A stretch of DNA of 64,000 bases, from the IMG/VR virus record IMGVR_UViG_3300031890_000005, positions 603 to 64,602 of that record; one strand, 5' to 3'. Below are positions 26,020 to 34,105 of the stretch, piece by piece. This stretch comes from a virus. Taxonomy: Duplodnaviria; Caudoviricetes. The number at the start of each line of letters is the position of its first letter. Position 1 is the stretch's first letter. Position numbers and translations under genes: made by a program. The notes beneath the pieces are model-generated. The model did not search any database, was not told where the DNA came from, and saw only the letters and a list, made by a program, of their open reading frames with translations.

Positions 26020-26323
26020 CGCACCGATCGAGGCCAAGGCTTACACAGGAACTGTAGCGACGTTCGCGGCCGGGTATCTGGCGACTCTGCTCATCGAGAT
26101 CATCCCCTGGCTAAAGGACAACCTGACGCCGGATCAGGTTCAGAACCTACCGATCTTCCTCGCTACAGTTATAACAGCCATCGCCTCGTACTATGCTCCG
26201 CACACATCACGACCAGACCTCATACCCGTCAGCCCTGCAGGCCGTCACGCCTCGCCGGCACCTGAGCCAGTAACCGCGCCAACAACAGTAGTGCCTAAAG
26301 ATGAAACTGCAACAGCCGGCTAA
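26012..26323 (+). CDS. Putative actinophage-type holin
   Basis: P.EAKA...two TM segments...ASYYAPHTSRP motif typical of actinobacterial phage holins. Confidence 0.7.
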   Translation: MANAPIEAKAYTGTVATFAAGYLATLLIEIIPWLKDNLTPDQVQNLPIFLATVITAIASYYAPHTSRPDLIPVSPAGRHASPAPEPVTAPTTVVPKDETATAG

Positions 26324-26342
26324 AAAGTCACTACTGGGTCGG

Positions 26343-26373
26343 CTAGTTTTTCCAGCAAGGGATGTGATATAAT
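26343..26373 (+). promoter_or_regulatory. Conserved phage promoter
   Basis: CTAGTT starts 25 nt before TATAAT; TGTGATATAATAGAAT. Confidence 0.8.
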
Positions 26374-26406
26374 AGAATTGAACAAAAAGTCTACCTAAGG
26401 AGGGTC

Positions 26407-26847
26407 ATGTCCGAGCAATCGTACGGTACTGTAGAAGTACTCCCAACGCGCATTCGCACAACACCCGATGCGCTCAACCCTGCAGTACCAGCACCACCCT
26501 TCGCGGATGACGGAGGTCTGCCACTGATACTGAAGAGCACTCTAGCAGAGACAGACCCCGAGCTAGCAAAGTGGCGGGCCGCCTTCGCGGCGGAGACAAT
26601 GTTCCGATACCGTGAAGCGCCTCACGAGCCGCCGCTAGCAGAACTGCCACCACCGCCCGAGCCGCGACCGCGGCCCGTTCCAATGACGTCACTAGCTCCT
26701 GAGCGGCTCGACGCTGAGGCTGCTCAGCGCGAGGACACAAGGTGGAACACGGCAGTCACGCCTCTTCCAGACCTGCCACCAGACCCATACCAGCAGCCAG
26801 CACGACACGCACGGAAGCGTAGGTGGTACCTCCTGTGGTTCAGGTAA
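26407..26847 (+). CDS. Pro-rich hypothetical protein
   Basis: SD AAGGAGG after promoter. Confidence 0.75.
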   Translation: MSEQSYGTVEVLPTRIRTTPDALNPAVPAPPFADDGGLPLILKSTLAETDPELAKWRAAFAAETMFRYREAPHEPPLAELPPPPEPRPRPVPMTSLAPERLDAEAAQREDTRWNTAVTPLPDLPPDPYQQPARHARKRRWYLLWFR

Positions 26848-26861
26848 ACCGAGAACTGTAT

Positions 26862-27062
26862 ATGCCCGACGGCGTCGATGTGGCTAGGATAATTGCTCAC
26901 GCTCGCGAACGTGCTCGGGCTGGCGAGATTGTTGTCCTGCATGATCACGCGAAGGACGCAGAGTGTCAGGACAACTGCACGCTTATGTACCTCGTCGTGA
27001 CTGCCGAACTATGGCAAGGCGAGCTGGAGAGGAGCGAGTACTTCCGTGCTCATCAGCATTAA
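26862..27062 (+). CDS. Hypothetical protein
   Basis: H.H...C...C motif; start uncertain. Confidence 0.55.
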   Translation: MPDGVDVARIIAHARERARAGEIVVLHDHAKDAECQDNCTLMYLVVTAELWQGELERSEYFRAHQH

Positions 27063-27288
27063 GTACCGCGGTCCTGACCTGCGGGAGTTCGAGGTCTTGG
27101 CTGAGCATGTCGCTCTCGACGTGTCCTACGGGCCGGCAGTGCTAGTCATGGTGACAGGCATTGTGCGGCAGCTCCTTGATGGGCAACCGGGCGAGGTAGA
27201 CATAACCGTCGACGATCAACGATTCAAACTACCGGAGGTATGGAGTGCCCCTAAGGCTCCTCGAACATTATCCGAGCATACAAGGTGA
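27046..27288 (+). CDS. Hypothetical protein
   Basis: SD GAGGAG. Confidence 0.6.
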   Translation: MLISIKYRGPDLREFEVLAEHVALDVSYGPAVLVMVTGIVRQLLDGQPGEVDITVDDQRFKLPEVWSAPKAPRTLSEHTR

Positions 27289-27949
27289 GGGTCCGCGCAC
27301 CGGCGTCCCTACTCAGTTCGTGAGGTTTGCTGGATGCAACCTCCGTTGTGCCGAGTGGCCCTGCGACACGCAGTTCGCGATCCAGCCGAAGCTGTACCGC
27401 AAGGAACAGAAGTTCGTGAGCGTGGCTAGCCTCTATGCCGACATCGCAAAGATGTCAGGTGAGACTGGAGCTGAAAACGTTTGTCTTACAGGCGGCGAAC
27501 CGATGATCCAACGTGCCGACGATATCACTGAGCTGATCGAGACCCTTACGTTCTATCACACGCCGGTCGAGATGTTCAGCAACGGAACGCTACCATACCC
27601 GGACGCTATCATAGAGCTCTGTCAGGTCGTCATGGACTGGAAGCTACCGGGCTCAGGCGAAGACGCCACCGATCCGACTCGAATCGCGAACTACCACGCG
27701 ATGAGGGAGGCAGGCGGGCACACCATTAAGTTTACCTGTGTCAACCGGGCCGATCTAGAACACGCGCTTCATCTGTATGAGTTCTATGACATGAAGGACT
27801 TCCCAGGCCAAGTCTACGTCGGCCCAGTCTGGGACGCTCAACTGCCGCCGAGACAGATCGTCAAGTTCATACTCGAGCATCACCTCGCCTGGAACCTCAA
27901 CGTACAGCTACACAAGTTCATCTGGGAACCCGACGCGAGGCGCACTTGA
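27245..27949 (+). CDS. queE: 7-carboxy-7-deazaguanine synthase (radical SAM)
   Basis: SIQGEG..TG.PT.FVRFAGCNLRC....CDT, LTGGEP, DWKLPGSGE, NVQLHK. Confidence 0.92.
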   Translation: MPLRLLEHYPSIQGEGPRTGVPTQFVRFAGCNLRCAEWPCDTQFAIQPKLYRKEQKFVSVASLYADIAKMSGETGAENVCLTGGEPMIQRADDITELIETLTFYHTPVEMFSNGTLPYPDAIIELCQVVMDWKLPGSGEDATDPTRIANYHAMREAGGHTIKFTCVNRADLEHALHLYEFYDMKDFPGQVYVGPVWDAQLPPRQIVKFILEHHLAWNLNVQLHKFIWEPDARRT

Positions 27950-28020
27950 TCTGGCGGATACTATTCTGGACAGCAGTAATAGTCGTCTTGGCTATTCTAG
28001 TACTAGTACTGACACCATAA
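27946..28020 (+). CDS. 24-aa hydrophobic membrane peptide (not in ORF track)
   Basis: TTGA coupling to the queE stop; MIWRILFWTAVIVVLAILVLVLTP. Confidence 0.55.
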   Translation: MIWRILFWTAVIVVLAILVLVLTP

Positions 28021-28034
28021 GTAACCACCTAGCG

Positions 28035-28080
28035 CCTGGCCCGGCTGTCCAGACTCCCCCCCTCTGGCGGCCGGGCCAGG
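28035..28080 (+). terminator. GC-rich hairpin (terminator or processing signal) just upstream of the tRNA-like RNA
   Basis: CCTGGCCCGGC ... GCCGGGCCAGG, 11-bp perfect stem. Confidence 0.6.
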
Positions 28081-28084
28081 TCGA

Positions 28085-28153
28085 GGGCCGGAGCAAGAGG
28101 AGCGGAACTGATCAGCCGCCATGGTATCGCGGGTTCGAATCCCGTCCGGTCCA
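28085..28153 (+). ncRNA. tRNA-like RNA without a D stem, with an Ala-type acceptor stem (G3:U70, A73)
   Basis: Acceptor GGGCCGG/CCGGTCC-A; T arm GCGGG-TTCGAAT-CCCGT; no D stem; non-canonical anticodon arm; CCA not encoded. Confidence 0.65.
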
Positions 28154-28154
28154 C

Positions 28155-28574
28155 GTGAGCAAGCATAGGCAACAGAGGAAGAAACCGCCGACCTGGATTC
28201 TGATCACAGGATCCGTTGCTGCCATTATCATAACGCCGGTCGCGTCGTTCACTATCACGCTGAGCGTCATCAGGCAGCTGTTCCCTCACCAGCCACCGCT
28301 GGGGCCATACATTTACATTCCGGGACCAAGCCCTTCACCTACGCCCGTCCGGCAGAGTGGCTATTACCAGCCTCAGTACTATCCGAATCCTGTCATTCCA
28401 GGCATCCCGTCACCGATAGTAGTCGGTCCCTCAGAGCCGGTCATCCCTGGCGTGGCTACGACGCCTGCTCCGACTCCGACCACACCGGTGCCGACTACAC
28501 CAGTACCGACTACTCCAGTGCCAACAACGCCTGTGCCGACAACTTCCCCGCCGGTTACACCAACAAATTCCTAA
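28155..28574 (+). CDS. Single-pass membrane protein with Pro/Thr-rich PTTPV repeats
   Basis: Basic N-terminus, one TM segment, (PTTPV)n tail. Confidence 0.7.
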   Translation: MSKHRQQRKKPPTWILITGSVAAIIITPVASFTITLSVIRQLFPHQPPLGPYIYIPGPSPSPTPVRQSGYYQPQYYPNPVIPGIPSPIVVGPSEPVIPGVATTPAPTPTTPVPTTPVPTTPVPTTPVPTTSPPVTPTNS

Positions 28575-28595
28575 AAGTCAACCAAGTGTGATGGC

Positions 28596-28626
28596 CTTGA
28601 TTAGGCCCACTCTCTCGCGATATAAT
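28596..28626 (+). promoter_or_regulatory. Conserved phage promoter
   Basis: TTGATT-18 bp-TATAAT; GGCCT/AGGCC inverted repeat flanks the -35. Confidence 0.8.
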
Positions 28627-28659
28627 AGACTTATAACGTAAGCGAGAGAGAGCCTATAG

Positions 28660-29781
28660 ATGGACTTGAGTGCGATCCATGAGGTGCACGGATCTCAACT
28701 CAAGTCCTTTCGAGGCTGTCGTCTTCAGTATCAGTGGCAGTATGTCGACGGCTACTCGCCGCTCATTCGTCCCGCTCCTCTTGAGTTCGGGACTGCCTTC
28801 CACGTCGGGATGGAGACTCTGTACTCTCCCGCCACGTGGGACTGGCCGCTCCTCGAGTTGTACCGCCGTGCTAAGCAGGCGTTCATCGATACGTGTGAGC
28901 TTCAGCAGCGCGAGTACCTAGATCGCAAGGAGCACTATCGGCTCGACCCTGAAGAGGAAGTCGACTATCAGGAGCGCATCGAGCTCGGTACTGGTATGCT
29001 GCGCCTAGTAGCTCGCACTATGGATCGGAAGAACTTCACGCCGATTGCTGTTGAGCGTGAAGCCTTTGCGCCGATCCTCGACCCCCTTTCAAGGACGCCT
29101 CTCGTCTGCCCTCATTGCGGAAAGCCGTTCTACTACGGCGTTCGTCCGGATGCAGTGCTAGTTGATCACAATGGCCTCTACTGGCTTGTTGACTGGAAGA
29201 CTACTGCCATGCTCTTGAAGGACCAGATCGTCCTCGAGCTGGATGGTCAGATCGCAACCTACCTGTGGGCCCTCGTTCATGCTCTCGGCCTCAACTTTGC
29301 AGGGTTTAAGTACGTCCAGGTCTACAAGGGATTCCCCAAGAGGCCTAGACTGCTAATGCAACCGCGCTTCGGCCGCAAGTTCTCGGTCGCTCATAACCAG
29401 CGAACTGATCCGGTCATCTTCAAGCAAGTGGTACGCAAGAGGGACCCGGCTGCTTTCCAACTTGGACTTTATGACGAGTACCTTGAGTGGCTAGCTGAAT
29501 TCGGTCCTAAGTTCTTCAGGTGGTTTACCGTCTACAAGAGTACTGCCCAGTTGGCAACAATAGGTGCAGATCTCGCTACGCAGGTTATCGAGCAGTACAT
29601 TGGCAACCCTCCGATCTACCCTAACTCCGGCCGCATGCAATGCGAACGTTGTCCCTTCCAGGAGCCTTGTCTTGAACGCCAAAGTGGCGGACACTATCAA
29701 GACGTCCTAGACTCCAGTTATGAGCAACTGGAGCCCTACTTCGTTAGGGCACGTATTCTGAGAGAGGAACGTATCGCATGA
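28660..29781 (+). CDS. Cas4-like / PD-(D/E)xK exonuclease
   Basis: N-terminal Cys, FGTAFH, RPDAVL..LVDWKT, C-terminal CERCPFQEPC. Confidence 0.85.
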   Translation: MDLSAIHEVHGSQLKSFRGCRLQYQWQYVDGYSPLIRPAPLEFGTAFHVGMETLYSPATWDWPLLELYRRAKQAFIDTCELQQREYLDRKEHYRLDPEEEVDYQERIELGTGMLRLVARTMDRKNFTPIAVEREAFAPILDPLSRTPLVCPHCGKPFYYGVRPDAVLVDHNGLYWLVDWKTTAMLLKDQIVLELDGQIATYLWALVHALGLNFAGFKYVQVYKGFPKRPRLLMQPRFGRKFSVAHNQRTDPVIFKQVVRKRDPAAFQLGLYDEYLEWLAEFGPKFFRWFTVYKSTAQLATIGADLATQVIEQYIGNPPIYPNSGRMQCERCPFQEPCLERQSGGHYQDVLDSSYEQLEPYFVRARILREERIA

Positions 29782-29951
29782 CATCTCCACCACGCATGAC
29801 ACTCGAAGAAGAGCTACAAGCCGCCATCACTAAGTTCGAGAAGGACCTAGCGTTCACCGCTCCTGAACTGCTCCCCATGCGGGTCGAGATGCTCCGAGAG
29901 CACGTTCAGAACATCATTGCCGACTTCATGGCACATGGAGAGGCAAAGTGA
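29778..29951 (+). CDS. Hypothetical 57-aa protein (not in ORF track)
   Basis: ATGA coupling upstream, GTGATG coupling downstream. Confidence 0.65.
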   Translation: MTSPPRMTLEEELQAAITKFEKDLAFTAPELLPMRVEMLREHVQNIIADFMAHGEAK

Positions 29952-30853
29952 TGGCCGCATCAGCAATCGAGCAAGGAGCAATTAGCGGCCGAGTCATCCC
30001 GCCAGGCGTACCAACAGAGTTCGCCGGCATCCCCATCGCACCGGTTAGGGAACTTCAGCCGTACTGCAAGATGCTGATCTACGGCAAGCCGGGCTCTGGG
30101 AAGACCACGCTCGCTGCAAGCGCGAGCAAGGTAGCTGCAATGTGTCCAGTCATTCATCTCTCAACCGACGCAGCGGAGGCAGAGACACTGCGAGTCGTCG
30201 CTCCTGATGTAGTCCGGATGCAGATCGACAAGTTCGATCAGTTCTGGGACGTTAGAGATGCCCTAGAGGCTCAGTGCAAGTCGACCGCGGGACCGTACTT
30301 CAAGACCTGGATCATCGATACGGGCACGGAGGCGCAGAAGACCTCCATGCGCGACATCATGAACACCCTGATGGTGAAGGGCAGGCCCGGTGGCGGAGAG
30401 GTCAATCCTGATGTACCATCTCAACGTGAATGGGGTCAGAGCATCTCAGAGATGCGCCGACTGGTTCGCGGCTTTCGGGACCTGCCGGTCAATTTCATCA
30501 TGTGCTGCCATGAGGCTGAGTCTCGGGATAACCGCGGGGTCAACTGGATCAAGCCTGACCTACCCGGTAAGCTCGGCAATCAGGTTGCCGGCATGTTCTC
30601 CAACGTCGTCTACCTCTACACCAAGCAGTTCACAGAGCGAGAGGAGGGCAGCCGGACCAGCATAGTCACTGAGGAGAAGCGCCTGCTCCTGACAGGCCTG
30701 ACTGAAGGTTACGTCGCAAAGAGCAGGACGGGAGAGCTACCTCGGGTGATCGAAGCACCCGAGATGACAAGCCTGTACCCGATGATCACGGCGGGCAACA
30801 AGTCAACGGATACGGAAACAGAAGACGGAAACGGATCCCGTAGAACGGAGTAG
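29948..30853 (+). CDS. AAA_24 / Sak4-like ATPase (recombination)
   Basis: LIYGKPGSGKTT (Walker A), WIIDT, CHE...P.L.GK. Confidence 0.85.
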   Translation: MMAASAIEQGAISGRVIPPGVPTEFAGIPIAPVRELQPYCKMLIYGKPGSGKTTLAASASKVAAMCPVIHLSTDAAEAETLRVVAPDVVRMQIDKFDQFWDVRDALEAQCKSTAGPYFKTWIIDTGTEAQKTSMRDIMNTLMVKGRPGGGEVNPDVPSQREWGQSISEMRRLVRGFRDLPVNFIMCCHEAESRDNRGVNWIKPDLPGKLGNQVAGMFSNVVYLYTKQFTEREEGSRTSIVTEEKRLLLTGLTEGYVAKSRTGELPRVIEAPEMTSLYPMITAGNKSTDTETEDGNGSRRTE

Positions 30854-30860
30854 ATTCATC

Positions 30861-31376
30861 ATGGGAATCAAAGTGAACGTCAGCGAGCAAGAGTCCAGGT
30901 CAGGCGACCGGGAGCCTTTGCCGGCTGGTAAGTACCACATGGCCATCACCGACGTCACGATGTCGTCTCCGGCGGATGGAGAGAACATCGGCAAGCCGAT
31001 GCTGGTCTTCGAGTTCACAGTTCAGGACTCACCCGACACGCAGGTTCCCAACCGCGAGTCGAAGGACTTCCTGAACCGTAAGGACTTCGTCAACGCCTGC
31101 CTCTGGGAGGGCGCTCTGTACACCATCGTCGGCATCCTCAAGGCGCTTGGCGAGTACGAGAACAGCCTCGACAGCAACGGCGACCTCGACGTCCCGACCG
31201 AGCCGGAGTTCTACCTCAGCCGCGAGCTGTACGTCCGGCGGGCAGTCAACCGGAAGCAGAAGGAGCGGTTCCCCGACATCCCGGATTACTGGATCCAGGC
31301 TCAGGGGTACTCGCCCTACAAGCAGACGGCGTCGACCGGCGCTCCAAGGCAGCAGTCTGACTCCTTGCTGCCGTAA
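30861..31376 (+). CDS. Putative single-stranded DNA-binding protein (DUF669-like)
   Basis: PLPAGKYHMAITDV...GKPML.FEF.V; follows the exonuclease and Sak4; ends in LLP. Confidence 0.7.
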   Translation: MGIKVNVSEQESRSGDREPLPAGKYHMAITDVTMSSPADGENIGKPMLVFEFTVQDSPDTQVPNRESKDFLNRKDFVNACLWEGALYTIVGILKALGEYENSLDSNGDLDVPTEPEFYLSRELYVRRAVNRKQKERFPDIPDYWIQAQGYSPYKQTASTGAPRQQSDSLLP

Positions 31377-31382
31377 CTAGCG

Positions 31383-31489
31383 GGCTGGCTCGAGAGCTTT
31401 TGGTCCGGCGCGATGAAGCGTGAGGATGACTTACGTGGAGTACTGGGAAGGTACCGCCAGAGGTAAGGTCGCCCCGTCTCGAGCCAGTC
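31383..31489 (+). ncRNA. Candidate structured RNA in the 240-nt gap upstream of queD
   Basis: 13-bp closing stem GGCTGGCTCGAGA/TCTCGAGCCAGTC enclosing nested helices; followed by TTTAA. Confidence 0.5.
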
Positions 31490-31617
31490 TTTAACGGACA
31501 GGGCCTCTGGCCGGCGGTGCGGTCAGGGGCCCTGTTCATTAGGAGGACCTAACTACGTGGGCTATGGGTAGCCGGGATGCACGAGAGCCCGGAGGGTGGG
31601 ATCAATAAAGGAGGAAT

Positions 31618-32124
31618 GTGTACACTATAAGCAAGGACTTCAGCTTCAGTGCCGCTCACGCTTTGATTGACTTGCCTGATGACCATCAGTGCTCGCGTTT
31701 TCACGGCCACAACTACGTGATCAGGATCACTCTCGGGTCTTACCAAGTGGACCACAAAGGCTTCGTCATAGACTATGGCGAGCTAGGTACCTTCAAACAA
31801 TGGCTGGACGATACCCTAGACCACCGCTGGCTAGGCTACGGTAACCTAGCTCGCGTCATAGGAGAGCCTGGGGAAGGCCTTCTCAAGCTGCGCACCAAAC
31901 CAGCCTTTGACTTCAACCCGACCGCCGAGAACATGGCCAAGCATCTCTATGACTTCGCGGCAACGCTGTATCCCGAGGTTGTCTCGATAGGCGTCAGCGA
32001 GACACCAAAGACCTGGGCGGTATACGAACCTGGTACGCTCACTCTGGAGCACATTGAGCATGCGCTCAACGCACTACCCGAACCGATACGAACGGACTTC
32101 AGAACAGCACTGAGGAGGCATTGA
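31618..32124 (+). CDS. queD: 6-carboxy-5,6,7,8-tetrahydropterin synthase
   Basis: KDFSFSAAH.L....HQCSRFHGHNY, DYGEL, LDHR, NPTAENMA, VSETPKTWA. Confidence 0.93.
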   Translation: MYTISKDFSFSAAHALIDLPDDHQCSRFHGHNYVIRITLGSYQVDHKGFVIDYGELGTFKQWLDDTLDHRWLGYGNLARVIGEPGEGLLKLRTKPAFDFNPTAENMAKHLYDFAATLYPEVVSIGVSETPKTWAVYEPGTLTLEHIEHALNALPEPIRTDFRTALRRH

Positions 32125-32708
32125 TGGTCGAAGAGCCCGCAATCCTAAGCATGTACGAGCCCGAGCAACTGTTCTCGGCGTTCCTTACAAAGGTCTGCCC
32201 GGATATCTACGATCCCACTAGCGAGCACTTTGCTGAAACGCCTCGGCGGTTCACTCAGATGGTCCGGGACCTCACTAACGGGGACGAGAGCACCTGGCGC
32301 TTCACGACCTTCAAGTCTCACTCCCGCGAGATGGTCATCAATAAGAACATCAAGTTCGTATCCCTCTGCGCGCACCACGTAGCGCCCTTCACCGGTGTCT
32401 GTCATATCGGGTACATCCCTGACGGCCAGGTCGCCGGTCTCTCAAAGTTCGCGCGCTACGTGCAGGCAGCAGCGCATACACTAACGAACCAAGAAGAGCT
32501 GACGACTACGCTAGCCGATCAGCTCATGGACATCCTGAACCCAATTGGCGTCGCGATCGTTATGGAAGCAACTCACTCGTGCATGACGAATCGCGGAGCG
32601 CTAGCTCACGGAACTGAGACAACAACGTCCGCGATGCGAGGCGTCTACCTTGAGGACTCACGAGGCGCCAAGTCGGAGTTCTTCCAGCTACTGAGAGGCA
32701 TTGGATGA
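32121..32708 (+). CDS. folE: GTP cyclohydrolase I
   Basis: ETPRRF, SLCAHH..PF.G..HIGY.P, GLSKFAR, QEELT, HSCM..RG, TTTSAMRG. Confidence 0.93.
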   Translation: MMVEEPAILSMYEPEQLFSAFLTKVCPDIYDPTSEHFAETPRRFTQMVRDLTNGDESTWRFTTFKSHSREMVINKNIKFVSLCAHHVAPFTGVCHIGYIPDGQVAGLSKFARYVQAAAHTLTNQEELTTTLADQLMDILNPIGVAIVMEATHSCMTNRGALAHGTETTTSAMRGVYLEDSRGAKSEFFQLLRGIG

Positions 32709-32947
32709 GTAAACGACGTAAGCACCGATCCCCTGCATGGGAGCAGGCAAGAGCAGAACGCCGCGCTCGCCGTCAACGACTTCCCGAGCAGGCTCGCAAC
32801 GAGGACGGCTATATCGTCAAGACCATTGCCACTCCCGGCGGGGGGACCCGACAAGTACTTTACGATCCAGGCGAGATGGATCGCGAGCTTTACCTGCAGC
32901 AGCGCAGACGACGCGAACGAGACAGTTGGGAGGCACCGAATGCCTGA
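32705..32947 (+). CDS. Basic hypothetical protein
   Basis: ATGA coupling. Confidence 0.6.
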   Translation: MSKRRKHRSPAWEQARAERRARRQRLPEQARNEDGYIVKTIATPGGGTRQVLYDPGEMDRELYLQQRRRRERDSWEAPNA

Positions 32948-33281
32948 GGCTACAAACGGCAGCGAGACCATTACGCTACATCTGAAAGACCCGTTCGACA
33001 ACGCCATCTTCCAGATCATCAAGACGGCTGAGCGCAAGCGAGCGGACTATGCGAGCAAGGCGGCACCGTTCAGCAACTTCGAGTTCACGGCTAGCTACTT
33101 CGGCCTCAGGATCTATCAGTCTGCAGATTTCAACGAACTGCAAAAGCTAGCCCGTCTGCGAGAATTGAACCAGCCGGGAATGGAGCCAACCAACGAGCCA
33201 GTCATGGACTCATACCTCGACAAGGCAGTGTTCGCCGTCCTCGCCTATGCGATGTATCTACAAGAGTACAAGGACTGCTAA
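32940..33281 (+). CDS. Nucleotide-modification-associated domain protein (DUF1599/Nmad-like)
   Basis: KRADYA...PFSNF...QKLARL...EPVMDSYLDKAVFA; SD GGGAGG. Confidence 0.65.
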   Translation: MPEATNGSETITLHLKDPFDNAIFQIIKTAERKRADYASKAAPFSNFEFTASYFGLRIYQSADFNELQKLARLRELNQPGMEPTNEPVMDSYLDKAVFAVLAYAMYLQEYKDC

Positions 33282-34105
33282 TGGAGATCGCACTCATACC
33301 GCCCTCGTCGCTCATGCACTATGCCGAGTCGTTCAGGTACCAGATGATGCTGCCATCGCCGCAGAACATCAACTACCTGCAATACTATCGGCGCATGGGT
33401 AGCGATACTGGCCACTACGTCATCATGGACAATGGCGTCTGGGAAGAGCAACCACTGACACCTGACCAACTGATCGCCAGAGCCTCAGCCTATGGAGTCC
33501 AGGAGCTCGTCGCTCCGGACGTCCTGAACGATCCAATTGGGACCGTAAGGGCTATGCAGTACTTCTTCACGCGCTGGGACAGGTTCTGTCAGGCGACACA
33601 CGGCTCGGTGAAGATGAGCTTTATGGCTGTAGCACATGGCGACACTATCGCTAAGGCAGCTAAGTTCATTGATCACGTAGCGAGGTTCATGCCGCTCGTC
33701 GAGACCATAGCTGCCGGCCGCGCATTCTCGCGCGCCTGCAGTGATCCGCACGCCCGAGCACAACTAGCCATGCTGGTTGCCGATGAGTACTCAGAGCGGT
33801 TCGGGTTCCACCTGCTCGGGTATAACGATGCCTGGGAGGGCGAGATTGCAGCCTGTAAAGGAGTCGTGCGTAGCCTCGATACATGCGCTCCGTTTACGGC
33901 AGCCTTCTACGACAAAAGCATGCAGGACGTCGCCGAGTTCAACACACCGAGACCGAGGCACTACTTTGATCTAGACGAGGATAGCTTCAACTTGAAGCTC
34001 CTTGGACGGAACATAAAGTGGCTAACGGAGTCCGCTCTACCGAACCAGGGACATCAGGTACCGCTACGGGAGGTGAGTCCAGTATGGCCGCCGATCACGA
34101 CATGA
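33281..34105 (+). CDS. TGT-fold transglycosylase, candidate DpdA-like deazaguanine DNA-insertion enzyme
   Basis: MDNG (equivalent to TGT DSGG), APD, FHLLG and SLDT motifs; adjacent to folE/queD. Confidence 0.65.
   Translation: MEIALIPPSSLMHYAESFRYQMMLPSPQNINYLQYYRRMGSDTGHYVIMDNGVWEEQPLTPDQLIARASAYGVQELVAPDVLNDPIGTVRAMQYFFTRWDRFCQATHGSVKMSFMAVAHGDTIAKAAKFIDHVARFMPLVETIAAGRAFSRACSDPHARAQLAMLVADEYSERFGFHLLGYNDAWEGEIAACKGVVRSLDTCAPFTAAFYDKSMQDVAEFNTPRPRHYFDLDEDSFNLKLLGRNIKWLTESALPNQGHQVPLREVSPVWPPITT

Noticed and set aside
28085-28153. Calling the element a canonical tRNA-Ile(GAT)
   Set aside because: A 5-bp anticodon stem with a 7-nt loop cannot be formed, there is no D stem, and the acceptor has Ala identity; reported as tRNA-like instead.
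28660-29781. Cas4-like gene as evidence of a CRISPR-Cas system
   Set aside because: No repeat-spacer array or other cas genes; its context (Sak4, SSB) is a standard phage recombination module.
31412-31494. Short ORFs inside the structured RNA as a tmRNA tag frame
   Set aside because: No ALAA-like hydrophobic C-terminus and no flanking tRNA-like domain.
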